Position numbers and translations under genes: made by a program
Part shown: positions 12,961-23,822 of the stretch, one piece after another
Layout: every line of letters starts with the position of its first letter
Position numbering within the stretch: position 1 is the first letter of the stretch
The notes under the pieces: generated by a model
What the model saw: only the letters and a program-made list of their open reading frames with translations
The model's database searches: none
What the model was told of the DNA's origin: nothing
NCBI GenBank assembly: GCA_964016885.1
Contig: OZ024759.1
Coordinates: 6,076,001-6,140,000, forward strand
Source: Eledone cirrhosa
Lineage: Eukaryota
DNA: 64,000 nt
Direction of reading: 5' to 3'

Positions 12961-13436
12961 TCAGAATTAGCTCCATGTATTATATATTATTAGTCGGAAG
13001 AAAAAGGGGATTTTTTTTTACGGGAAAAACAAAGTTTGGAAAGATCGACAAAAGCTTTGCCTTCCATCCTTATGGGATCAATAAAATAAAGTACCAGTAA
13101 TGTACTGGGATCGATTTAATCGATTTGCCCCTTCCACCAAAAGTTGTTGGCCTTGTGCTTAAATCAGAAAACATTATATACATTTGTATTTGCTGGGGAC
13201 TCTTGATACTTTGCAGCCCTCTCCAAAACAATAAAGAAACCATTATAGGAATATTATACCTATGCCACAGTATTTAGCTGCTACTCTATCAACCACCCCC
13301 ATGCCCCTGACCCAAACGAAGGATGAGAAAATTAAATGTAAATCTCAATGTGAGTTGAACTAAAAACCTAGAGTCGATGCCATATATCAATCATTTATCT
13401 TCTTTCACTTAAAACTATGTGTTTTATTATTATTTC

Positions 13437-13910
13437 ATTGGCAGAATCAGTAGAGTGTCGGACAAAATGCTTTGCTGTATTTAGTCCTAAAAAATCTCTT
13501 GTCTGTCTTAAGCCAGAAAGCTTGTTAAGCCAATGCTTATCCTGGTTTCAGGGCATGAAGCGACTGAGAGTACAACACTTCCCCATATTTCTGATACTTA
13601 TTTTCAGCTGAGTATACTGGAGCAACGTGAAATGAAGTGTTTTGCTCAAGAACACAACACACAACCCAGCCAGGAATTGAACCCATAGCATTATGATCGT
13701 AAGTCCAACACCCTTACCACTGGGCTATGTGTCTCCATTATATTTAGTTAGGGCTTAATTTTTAAAGTCTGAGTTCAACTCCCACTAAGGTCAGCTTTGC
13801 CTTTCATCTTTCCAAGAGTGATAAAATAAAGTACCAGTAACATACTGGGGTCGATATAATTGTCCTTTCCCACACAATATCGTCTTGTGCCAAATGTAGA
13901 AACTATTATT
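13437..13910 (+). mobile_element. Deu/Nin SINE interrupted by a second SINE
   Basis: Head at 13437-13485; B box and Deu domain resume at 13749. Confidence 0.7.
13486..13740 (-). mobile_element. tRNA-derived CORE-type SINE with 8-bp TSD
   Basis: A box TAGCCCAGTGG, B box GGTTCAATTCC, core TTCTTGAGCAAAACACTT. TATTTAGT is duplicated at 13478-13485 and 13741-13748. Confidence 0.75.
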
Positions 13911-14891
13911 TTTTACAGAAACAATTTCAGTGAGTCTGACACTTGGATAGAGGATGGAAACTCCACTATTCAGGTGTGGCGCCAGAAATGACAGCATAGG
14001 GAGGAGTGGGGATACTAACAAGGCCCTGTCAGAATGTGGTTACTTCTGATAGGACCACTGGGGGGAGTGTTTGAAGAGTCAACCCCCCCCCCCCCCCAGG
14101 AAGAAGAAGAAGTTCAGTTTTCTGCATCCTAGGTTCAAATCCCAGTGTGCCATATAAAATATATTAGTTTCACCTCTTTACTTTCTTTGATGACTTTACT
14201 GGCTTGTAATGTTGTGTTATATTTTACTTTCATTTATTTTACCTTCATAAAATAAGATTTATCCTTATGTGCATAAATACATATACATACATACATATAC
14301 ATACATACATATACATACATAGATACATATACATACATACATATACATACATACATATGGTGGCTGCCAACTGGGTACCATGTGACGACAAGTGCAGAGA
14401 GATCTCCAGATATAAAGCAATGCCTGTGCCGTGAAGCTTTTATAGTGAGCAAAGGCACTGCACAAAGCCAGTCCCACTCTCTTAACCAAGATGATATTTA
14501 CCAAAAAGAAGAACAAGTCAACATCATTGGATACCATCAGGGTTGCAAGTGTTATATCAGAGTTTTCCTTCTCCTAGAATTCTGCCTTGACAAAGGCTAA
14601 GGGGTCATCTCTCCCGGTGATTTTGGATGGCCATTGACTCTTAAGAGCTCCTTTGCCCTTTGACAGGTTTTGTTTTTAGTCCTGCAGGATGTCCAAAGTC
14701 ACCCTCCTCACCAAGAAACCTTGTGAGGTTGCCAGTTTAGTCGCCAACGACCCGACCATGGGACAGGTTGTACTGGCATACATGTTACCAGTAGCACCAA
14801 CTGGTGACCTGACATACCTGACATACACATACATACATACATACATATACATACATACATACATATACATATATACATACATACATACATG

Positions 14892-15870
14892 CATGGATAT
14901 GTTGCCAGGAAGCTCCAGAGTGAGAGTAATATAGATAAGGAAGTAGTCTATCTTGGACCAACAACCGCTATATTGGCTCCCACTTTGAAGGATACGCTTT
15001 TGCAATCCAAGAACAGGAAATTAACACAAAATACCTGATTCACAAAAGAGATAGGGAGGCAAAACACCTAGATGTGATAACAAGTGCAAACTCTGCAGAA
15101 TTAACATCGAGGATATCACCCATGTCATCAGCAACTGTCCAAAGATGTCATCGCGGTACTATCTACCTACGAGGCATGATGTAGTGGCCAAAACACTGTA
15201 CGATGTAGTTCATAAAAAAGATAGCCCCGATAATAAACACATTAAAAGCTACAGCAATGTGGAAGACATACATATACATAATATGAAAGACTACTGGTGG
15301 AATGTTCCAGTAAAAACCCCAATAAAATGCAGGCATAACAGACCAGATATTATGATATGGGACAGGGAAAAGAAGGCAGGCACAGTAGTGGAAGTTAGCT
15401 GCCCAGCAGATGCCAATATAATATCAAAGATTAGTGAAAAGGAGAATATTTATGCAGAACTGATGAGAAATCTGCAGATACTCCACCCTGACTATACCTT
15501 CAGATTTATACCTGTGAATATTGGGGCACTGGGATATGTTAGTAACTGCCTCAATACAAATCTTGAGAAGCTAGGCTTCACAGAAACAGAAAGAACACAA
15601 CTAGTTAGGAAATTACAAGTACAATCCATTAATGGAACAGTAAAAATATGTAAAACATTCCAAAAATTTTGCATCTAATAACTGCATATACACATGTACA
15701 GATACAAAGCATATACACATGCACACATACAATAACATCCATGCATACACATACATACATATCTACCTAGTTGATGTTGTGTAAATTCCAATGAGAGAGT
15801 CTTGTGTCTATGTTAGAAACCGACTCTCTCTCTATTGGCAAAAATTTGTGAAATTATAAAACCAGAAGAA
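14892..15870 (+). mobile_element. 5'-truncated R4/Dong-like non-LTR retrotransposon (CCHC finger plus restriction-like endonuclease, stop at 15678, 3' UTR)
   Basis: FEGYAFAIQEQEI, CKLC..EDITHVISNC, RHD and RPDIMIWD...VVEVSCP..EKE..Y. Both flanks are (CATA)n. Confidence 0.85.
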
Positions 15871-16199
15871 CATACATACATACAAATACATACATATATA
15901 CATATATATACATACATATACATACATATATATACATATACATACATACATACATATATATACATACATACATATACATACATATACATACATACATACA
16001 TACATATACATACATACATATATATACATACATACATCTGGTGGCTGCCAACTCGTTTTCGAGTATGGCCACTACTTTATATCCATGTAGGAGAACCCCT
16101 ACCGATGCGCTGAACGAGTGTGACTTTTTAGTCCAGCCAGTGACTTGATAACTCTGGTACAAACACTACACTTGTGACAATTATTGACACACAGTGCTG

Positions 16200-16600
16200 G
16201 GCCCATGGTACCATGTGACGACAAGTGCAGAGAGATCTCCAGATATAAAGCAATGCCTGTGCCGTGAAGCTTTTATAGTGAGCAAAGGCACTGCACAAAG
16301 CCAGTCCCACTCTCTTAACCAAGATGATATTTACCAAAAAGAAGAACAAGTCAACATCATTGGATACCATTGTGAAAAAATGTAAATTGAGATGGTACGG
16401 GCACGTGACAAGATTTCAGAGCTTACCAACACTGTCCTGCAGAGAACAGTACAAGGAGGGTAGAAGAGAGTCAGACAGAGATGGGAGGACAACATCCCAG
16501 AATAGACAGGCATGAGGCTGGGTGAAACCATGAGGAGGGTGGAGAGGAATGGAAGGAGCTGGTTGTTAGGTCATCTGTGGTGCCCCAATGGTCCATGATG
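16200..16600 (+). mobile_element. Degenerate RTE-type LINE 3' end; ~163 bp of it is duplicated at 14374-14537
   Basis: KLRWYGHVTR motif and (TGA)n tail. Confidence 0.6.
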
Positions 16601-17384
16601 ATGATATCTCTATATATATATAAGCAAAGAGATATTTAATTTGCTGGAATTCAACAAATTTATTTATTATAAAAGATTTGAAGCACTCTACAAGTTTCCT
16701 GGAGTATAATATATATAGAGAATGGAAAATAAAAAATCAGTGATGCATCGGAACTCAATTTATTGTGTGTTACAATTGTTTCCTCGGCGGACAGCTCGGG
16801 GTGTGATCCATGTGTAGATCCAACTGAATCTAGACTTGCAGGTTCCTCGGACACGTGTATTGATTTCGGATCATATCCTCTTTCTGGGGTTTTCTGGCCC
16901 TACAAGCCTACATCGTCCACCTTTATCCGCTTTGAGCGTCCTTGGGTTGGTCACTGGTTAGTGACGTCATCATTATTCTGACCACTTGTAGCAGCCCGCT
17001 GACTGTCAGGGCGGGAGCTGTCACTCACCCACTGTCGCGTTGGCAAAATTACTGCTCGTTGTCAACCCCCACTCCCACACACACACACAGATACTGACAG
17101 ATACATACAGAGTAGCTTGTGTGCTTACGTTCACACACACAAATATACGCATACATGCACACAGAGAGGCACACACGCACGTGTATATACGCACGCATAT
17201 ACACAGACACACACATATACACGCACCCGTATATATGCATGCACACACATACACATACACTCACAGGTATATATACACATACATACATTTACGTACACAC
17301 ATATGCACATCTAAACATACATATGCATACATACACACATACACATACATATATACGCACACACACATATATCTCTCTCTATCT

Positions 17385-18023
17385 CTAGGGCGGGTAAAAT
17401 TCCTGAGATCCATGGACGAGTTCTCTCCAGCGGTCTCTGTCCCTCATTATCGCTGCCGTGTCCTGCGTCTCCAACAGACCAGTGTCTGTCCTTAGGGCAT
17501 CAACATACGTTAACCTTGGTCTTCCTCTTCCAGTGTGTCCATGTAGGGGCTCCCACAGGAGCACTGAGTGCAATGTCAACTCTGGATGTCGGTGAGCATG
17601 TCCAGCTAACCTCAGTCTCCTCTGTGTCACTTTTGAGCTGACTTTTGGGAGGCTCCCATACAGCTCTGAGTTTTTCATCCTCAGTGTATACTGATTAATG
17701 TTCAGAGCCATCCTCAGCATTCTTGTGTAGCACCCATCCACCATCTGAGTGAGTTTCTTGGTCAGTGTCCAAGTCTCAGACCCATACAGCAGCACAGACT
17801 CCACTACAGCAATGAAGAGGCGGATTTTCAGGTCTTTACGAAGGTCCGACTTCCACACCAATCTCAAGCTGTGGCACGCCGCCCAGGCTTTGCTCTTCCT
17901 CTCAACCACATCATCTTCCGTATTCCCAATCTTTGCTCCCAAATACAGGAAGTCCTCAACCAATTCTAGCGGCTTCCTGCCTACATTAGTGATTCCCTCT
18001 GGCTTCTCAACATTCTCTACCAG
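17385..18023 (-). mobile_element. RTE-clade LINE, 3' portion of ORF (open to stop)
   Basis: VEDFLYLG, ESVLLYGSETW, RRLRLAGH and GRPR motifs. Confidence 0.9.
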
Positions 18024-18241
18024 TGGACTATTGTATGCGCCTTGCACTGGAGAAACGCCAGGACTCTGGGTTTACTGTAACACCGGCTCAGAGCAGGAGA
18101 GTTAAGGCGAAAAAGATATCAGATGCTGAATTTGCCGACGACATAGTTTTGGTGACAAATACAGTGAAGGAGGCAGAGGATCTGATGCAGGAGGTTGAGA
18201 CCGTGTCGATGAGTGTGGGGCTGAGAATGAATGAGACTAAA

Positions 18242-18243
<2 letters not shown>
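18023..18243 (+). mobile_element. Inverted 5' segment of the same RTE LINE (RT catalytic FADD region)
   Basis: GFTVTPAQSRR..ISDAEFADDIVL...GLRMNETKT normally lies immediately upstream of the minus-strand part. Confidence 0.85.
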
Positions 18244-18282
<39 letters not shown>

Positions 18283-18390
18283 AATGTATGTATAGTATAT
18301 TTGTATGTTTATCTAAAAACATTTTGAAGACCATTCGCTATGAATTTTAAAGTAGTGACTATGTCACTTATTCTCGGCTGGCAGAGGTCT

Positions 18391-18433
18391 ACAGTCCTGA
18401 TGAAGGGTAATGACCTAGAAACATGTTGATTGT
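18391..18433 (+). ncRNA. Type I hammerhead ribozyme motif (HHR1), palindromic helix III
   Basis: ACAGTC-CTGATGA-aGGGTaatgACCTa-GAAA-CATG-TT/GATTGT. Helix I extends through GAGG/CCTC and CTGGC/GCCAG. Confidence 0.75.
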
Positions 18434-18559
18434 TCCTCAAAGCCAGTTTTGAACAAACAGGTGACGATCGGTCACCAGCACAACTTCAAATCGGGATCGT
18501 TTGTTTACAAACGAATCGAACATTATTATTAATGTTCGATATAACCCTACGTATATATA

Positions 18560-18785
18560 GGTAATTTACTATTTTACGTTCGTAAACTAAACGATTCCCG
18601 AATGTCAATAAAAAAAAAAAACTTTATTAAAATTAATACAATAAACTTTATTAAAATTAATACCTGATACTACTTTTGCAGCATTTTCAATTAGCAGTAA
18701 TTTGTATTAATTTTAATAAAGTTTTTTTTTTTTTCATTGACATTCGTCAATCGTTTAGTTTACGAACGTAAAATAGTAAATTACC
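18560..18785. mobile_element. MITE-like foldback with ~80-90 bp TIRs, flanked by TA
   Basis: GGTAATTTACTATTTTACGTTCGTAAACTAAACGATT... is mirrored by ...AATCGTTTAGTTTACGAACGTAAAATAGTAAATTACC. Confidence 0.75.
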
Positions 18786-19199
18786 TATATATGTATATAT
18801 GTGTGTGTATATATATGTATATATATATATACATATATATACTCCAATATTGTTTGTTGAGTGCTTTATATCAGTTATAAAAATATTTTTAAGTTTGTTG
18901 TATCCCAACAAATTAAATATAACCTAGGGTGAGAAATAAAATTCTAATTACATATATATATATATAAGAAGAAATTAAAAGATGGTTAAAAAAGTTCCAT
19001 GTATTTTATTATGCGCATTTCAAACAACAAATATATATACTCCTATCCAATAAACTGTTGAGTGCTACTTAACCGATATTTGCATTGCTTTATTGTTCTA
19101 CAATAAAACTCACCTCACATATCTGTGTATAAAAGAGTGAAAGCACCGATTCTTTGCTTAAACTTTAATCTGCACTAATAATAAATATTTGCTGTACGG

Positions 19200-19235
<36 letters not shown>

Positions 19236-19594
19236 CCTTATCAAGCCCTCTTCGGATTTTGGCCTTCATAATTATTATTACTATATATATATATAGTGTG
19301 TGTACAGTTCTAATTTTAGACACTCTAAAAGTACAAACGTAAATATACAATGTATACAAATAATTTCTTTGCTGCTGATCTGTCTTAGATGTAGAAGCAT
19401 CACGGAATTATTTCAAAAACTCTATCTTTATTACGACCAGATATTAAATTAATAACTCATAGAAAATACTATTTAACCAGTTAAATTATTGACAACAGAA
19501 AAGCAACTGAAATTTATGATAAAACCCTATTGAAAAGACGACATTTGCTGTTAAAGTCGTTTTATATATATAATTTTGGGCTATTCTAAATCAG

Positions 19595-19688
19595 GCCTCG
19601 GTAGCGCAGTAGGCAGCGCGTCAGTCTCATAATCTAACTAAAATCTCGAGCTATCTGAAGGTCGTGAGTTCGATCCTCACCCGGGGCA
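19595..19688 (+). tRNA. Elongator tRNA-Met(CAT) with a 21-nt intron (19632-19652)
   Basis: Acceptor GCCTCGG/CCGGGGC+A, anticodon CAT at 19628-19630, T loop TTCGATC. The spliced product is 73 nt and nearly identical to metazoan tRNA-Met-e. TATA-like tract ~25-30 nt upstream. Confidence 0.95.
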
Positions 19689-19692
19689 GATA

Positions 19693-19712
19693 TTTTGTTT
19701 CGTTTTCTTTTT
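19693..19712 (+). terminator. Pol III oligo-T terminator of the tRNA gene
   Basis: TTTT 5 nt after the discriminator, followed by further T4-T5 runs. Confidence 0.8.
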
Positions 19713-19859
19713 ATTTCTGGATTTCAATTTTTTTTTGTTTACTTTTCTGTAACTTTGCTTACTAAGAATTTATTTTATTTGGGTATAGTTAGACATTCCC
19801 AGAATTCACCATCAATTAATTTGCTCAAAAGGATTTACTTCTTTTATTTGCCCACATAT

Positions 19860-20320
19860 TCCTGGGAGGGTCGAGAGGGCAGAGTCCTCAGACACTCCTT
19901 CCAGCGGGTCCTGCCAGACTCAACCGTCTCCAACTGATCCAGCTGGATCCCCCAGTGTGACCAGCGAGGCTCATATATGTTACCCACCCATCTTGCTTGG
20001 GGTCTACCACTGGGTCTCTTACCTGTTTCGCCTGTAAAATCTGTCTAGCTATTCTTTCCTGAGACATTCTAACCACATGCCAATAGTATCCGGGTTGTCA
20101 TCTCTTAATTCGGAGAAATATCGGCTCTACCTGAGTGACTCTCTCATCTCGAAGCTACGCACTTTATCGAGTAATGTTACTCCAATGACCCTTTGGAGGA
20201 ACATCATTTCGGCCGCTTGTATTCTTTTATTACACATGATTCATGACCATAGGTATGGGTTGGCATGAAAACTGAATTGAAGACAGCAAGTTTGGCTTGT
20301 ACGCCTACTTTCCTTCTTCT
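19860..20320 (-). mobile_element. Degenerate RTE LINE 3' fragment
   Basis: GHVVRMSQERIARQIL motif. Homologous to 27325-27585 and 28250-28960. Confidence 0.8.
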
Positions 20321-20389
20321 GATATATATATATTGTTATACTTTGGGAGGGTCATGTTGCCAATAACAAACACACGCACCAGGTACTTT

Positions 20390-22175
20390 CACTCCGGAGC
20401 CGTTCGCAATCACGCGTTCCATTCGACAGGGATGCCCTCTCTCCTCCATTCTGTATGTATTGACTCTAGAGCCACTACTGCGGAAATTGGAGCTGTTGCA
20501 GGGCATCCCCCTAGAACCGGGACTGCGCAAAGCGGCGTCGGCTTATGCCGACGACGTGACAGTAATGGTGTCGAGCACCTCGGAAATCGGGGTGATCGGC
20601 AACATACTGAAAGAATACGAAACGCTGACGGGAGCAAAACTAAACCCAGACAAGTCTGTCGGTTTGCAACTCGGTACGTGGAGAGGCAAACCGATGACAT
20701 CCGACAGCGTCGTTGGACGCTGGACGGACGGACCGGTGAAATTGCTCGGGGTCTGGTTCGGTCCAGACCTCCAGGTGGAGAAAAACTGGAACGAGGTCAC
20801 GGCCAAGGTGTTTGCACTCACTCAGAAGTGGGCAGAGTGCAAACTGTCCTTGAAAGGTCGAGCGGAGGTGGCGAACACTTTCATAGCGTCCGTCATCTAC
20901 TACCGCTTGACTGTCGTGCCTTGTCCCCGTGAACACCTCGCCAAGATGGAACGCATGCTCTTTCAGTTTCTGTGGAAGAAGCAGGCTCCGCTGGTGAGAA
21001 GATCCGTCTGCTGTCAGCACCCTTCCAACGGAGGGCTGGGAATGCCGTGGCTGATTATGCGCAAACATGCGCTAAGGCTGCGGCATCTCCAGGTATTCCT
21101 CACCGACCCCCAACCGGTGTGGGCACCGTTTGTGAGACAGGCTTTCCCACAGCTCGTCTCGCTAACGGAGCTGCAGTCCTGGGTGAAGAAAAGACCGAAA
21201 ACGATGGGCGCCTGGCACATTGAATGCGCTCAGGCGCTCACAGTCCTCTGGCAAGCGGGCGCAGCAATCAGTGGAGACTCCACTTCGACATTCTATAGAG
21301 GGATTGTACGTTACAAGGGCGACGACGTGCTCGGAGAGACTCTGGACGTCGAAGACGATGAGCTCACCAGTATGTTTGGTAGGACTTTCCGCCCGGGACC
21401 TATGGACAACTTCCAGAGGTCCCTGGCCTGGCAGTGCTACCGAGGAGCTCTACCGGTTCGTGACAAGATCTACAGGCACGGACGCCCTGGCAGGGATCCT
21501 TCCAAGAGGACGTGTCCAAGATGTGCGCAGGCCATTGAAACAGTTCTGCACGCAATTGTACACTGCCCGGGCGTAAGCGACCTGTGGAACTATGCAGAAC
21601 AACTGCTGTCGCGTATGGGACAAATACAGTTGACTTCCGAGTCCATAGTAAGGATCAAACCGCCAGACTCTTTCAAAAACGAAAGAGAGGCGGTTTTCCT
21701 CTGTACGGTGGCTATGGTGAAAGAAGTTATATGGTGGACGAGGTTGAGAGGACTGAGGACAGATGCCTTTCTCTCCGGACAACAATTGATTCCCTTCTTT
21801 AAGTATCACTTTAGAAGGAGAATCAGGGTGGAGAGAGAGGTACTGCACCCCAGTAAATTTACTGAAAGGTGGGTGAATGAAGCGAAAATGGCCCGAGTGA
21901 TTGGGCCTTCTCTGTTTATAAGCCTGTAGGTTGAGGAAGAGAGCAAAAGGAAGAAAGGAGCACTTGCACAACACGCTCCTCGAGTTGAGGGTTGTTCTAT
22001 CGACGGGGTATTAAACAACCCATTTGTGGCGCCTCCCCCCTATTGGGGATTTCGATTGTTGAAATTGTTTGTTTGTTTTTATATTTTTTTACACGACTGT
22101 ATGTAAAATCCCCGGCATGTCTTTGTATTGTCCCCTTTCTTGTTGCGCCCTTGTGGCTAATAAAGAAATCAATAT
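20390..22175 (+). mobile_element. 5'-truncated Tx1/L1-clade LINE: open ORF2 from the RT domain to the stop at 21929, plus 3' UTR
   Basis: SIRQGCPLS, YADD, LSLKGR, GGLG and zf-RVT CPRC..ETVLHAIVHC. GC/CpG-rich against the flanks. AATAAA near 22159. Confidence 0.92.
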
Positions 22176-22366
22176 TAATATTTTCTCTCTCTCTCTTTCT
22201 TCCCTATCTTTCCCCAGCGTCATTTAAATAAACGGTTGTTTTTTCAATTATTTACACATTCATTTGCATATTCACACATAACTTTAATGTTTCCACTATC
22301 CAGTGAACTTCTGACCGATAAGGTATGATTTTCATGGGTACCTCTTTATTTATAAAACAAACTTTG

Positions 22367-22431
22367 TATTTTATCTGATGAAAGCGCACCAAGATTGGGT
22401 TGGTTGCCCTCGAAATATATATAATAAAATA
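22367..22431 (+). ncRNA. Type I hammerhead motif (HHR2), long helix II
   Basis: TATTTTAT-CTGATGA-[AAGCGCACCAA..TTGGTTGCCCTC]-GAAA-TATATA-TA/ATAAAATA. Confidence 0.65.
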
Positions 22432-22537
22432 AATATGGTTTTATAAATATAGTTTACATTTATTTAATATCATTGAAAATTTAAGTAAGTTAATTTTTTT
22501 GAAAAATTTTTTTTAAAGAAATTTTCTTATTTTACGT

Positions 22538-22600
<63 letters not shown>

Positions 22601-22604
<4 letters not shown>

Positions 22605-23090
22605 ATTAGAATACTGGAGCGTGTTTGAGTCAAACACCCTCTTCGTATTATAGAAATGACAGTAAAAGGTATAGCGCAATGCAGTTAAACAGAGCCGAAA
22701 AATTAAGAGAGTAAAACAAAGAATCCTTTAATACATCAAAAGTTTTTATTAGCCGACAATGTTTCGTCCTATTAAGGACTCATCAGGGCAATCAAAACAA
22801 CAAGAAGTAATTTCGGCAGATACAAGCCAGAAACTCTGAAGAATATGGGGTTTACATTTACTAATGTCTTACAAGGATATAGGATAATAAAAATGAGGAT
22901 AAAACTATAATAACTAAGGATGTAGATGACATTAAGAACCATATTACAAATATGGTCCAAAGTCACCAACTTAAATCTAAACAAATTTGGTTATATAGAA
23001 CAGGAATTATATATAACACAGTATAATACATTCTAATAATAATATATCTATACCAACACTGAAATTCCAAATCAAAAATCAAAAGGTGCG
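22601..23090 (-). mobile_element. Penelope-like pseudo-LTR or non-autonomous element inserted in (TA)n
   Basis: AT-rich segment between (TA)n tracts carrying a canonical hammerhead followed directly by AATAAA. Confidence 0.6.
22752..22789 (-). ncRNA. Canonical minimal type I hammerhead (HHR3)
   Basis: GCC-CTGATGA-GTCCTtaatAGGAC-GAAA-CATTG-TC/GGC with a GUC cleavage triplet. Confidence 0.88.
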
Positions 23091-23142
23091 ATATATATAT
23101 ATATATATATATATATTTGGATTTAATGCTCTGAAATAGCGA

Positions 23143-23258
23143 TATATATGTGAAGACAAACATAGAATATTCGAAAATATTCTGTATGTTTATAATAAAT
23201 GTTTATTATAAACATACAGAATATTTTCGAATATTCTATGTTTGTCTTCATATATATA
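23143..23258. repeat. Near-perfect palindrome, ~56-bp arms
   Basis: TGAAGACAAACATAGAATATTCGAAAATATTCTGTATGTTTATAATAAA-TG-reverse complement. Confidence 0.9.
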
Positions 23259-23540
23259 TATATATATAAACGGAAAAAATGAAACGAAATTTCATTTCCC
23301 ACTCTTACGGAAATGTAAGTAACGGCTGTTACTTAAATATAAGTATGTACACGTACATACATATATGTATACAGACGTACAGTAGTATGTATATATATAT
23401 ACATACATGCACACATATATATATATGTACGTATGGATTCACCGAACATTTATTATAATGCTTGGTGTAAACAAACATCCCGTATTAAGCCGTAGTGTCT
23501 AGCAACCATCGTTGCTCGTTTGTTCAACACTGACAAAGAA

Positions 23541-23583
23541 ACGCTGTACTAGTTTCAAGCTTATTAGCTATCGTCAGCAACGT
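23541..23583 (-). ncRNA. Type I hammerhead motif (HHR4), palindromic helix III
   Basis: ACGTTG-CTGACGA-tAGCTaataAGCTt-GAAA-CTAG-TA/CAGCGT. Confidence 0.75.
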
Positions 23584-23822
23584 ATACCTTCCTGCCAGAT
23601 TGTTGAACGTATATACTTACCTTATGCATATTAACGGGTAAATCAATAATTATTAACCTTATGCATATTAACGGGTTAATCGTTAATTATTAACGGCTGA
23701 GTAGCCCAATTTGCATATCGATTGGGTTAATCGGCCGATTAACCCATATATATATGTGTGCATGTATATATATATACATACTACTGTACGTCTGTATACA
23801 TATATGTATGTATGTGTACATA

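Noticed and set aside
16740-17065. Possible solo LTR on the minus strand (AATAAA then ...CATCA); similar impression at 9850-10370
   Set aside because: No second LTR, PBS, PPT or convincing TSD.
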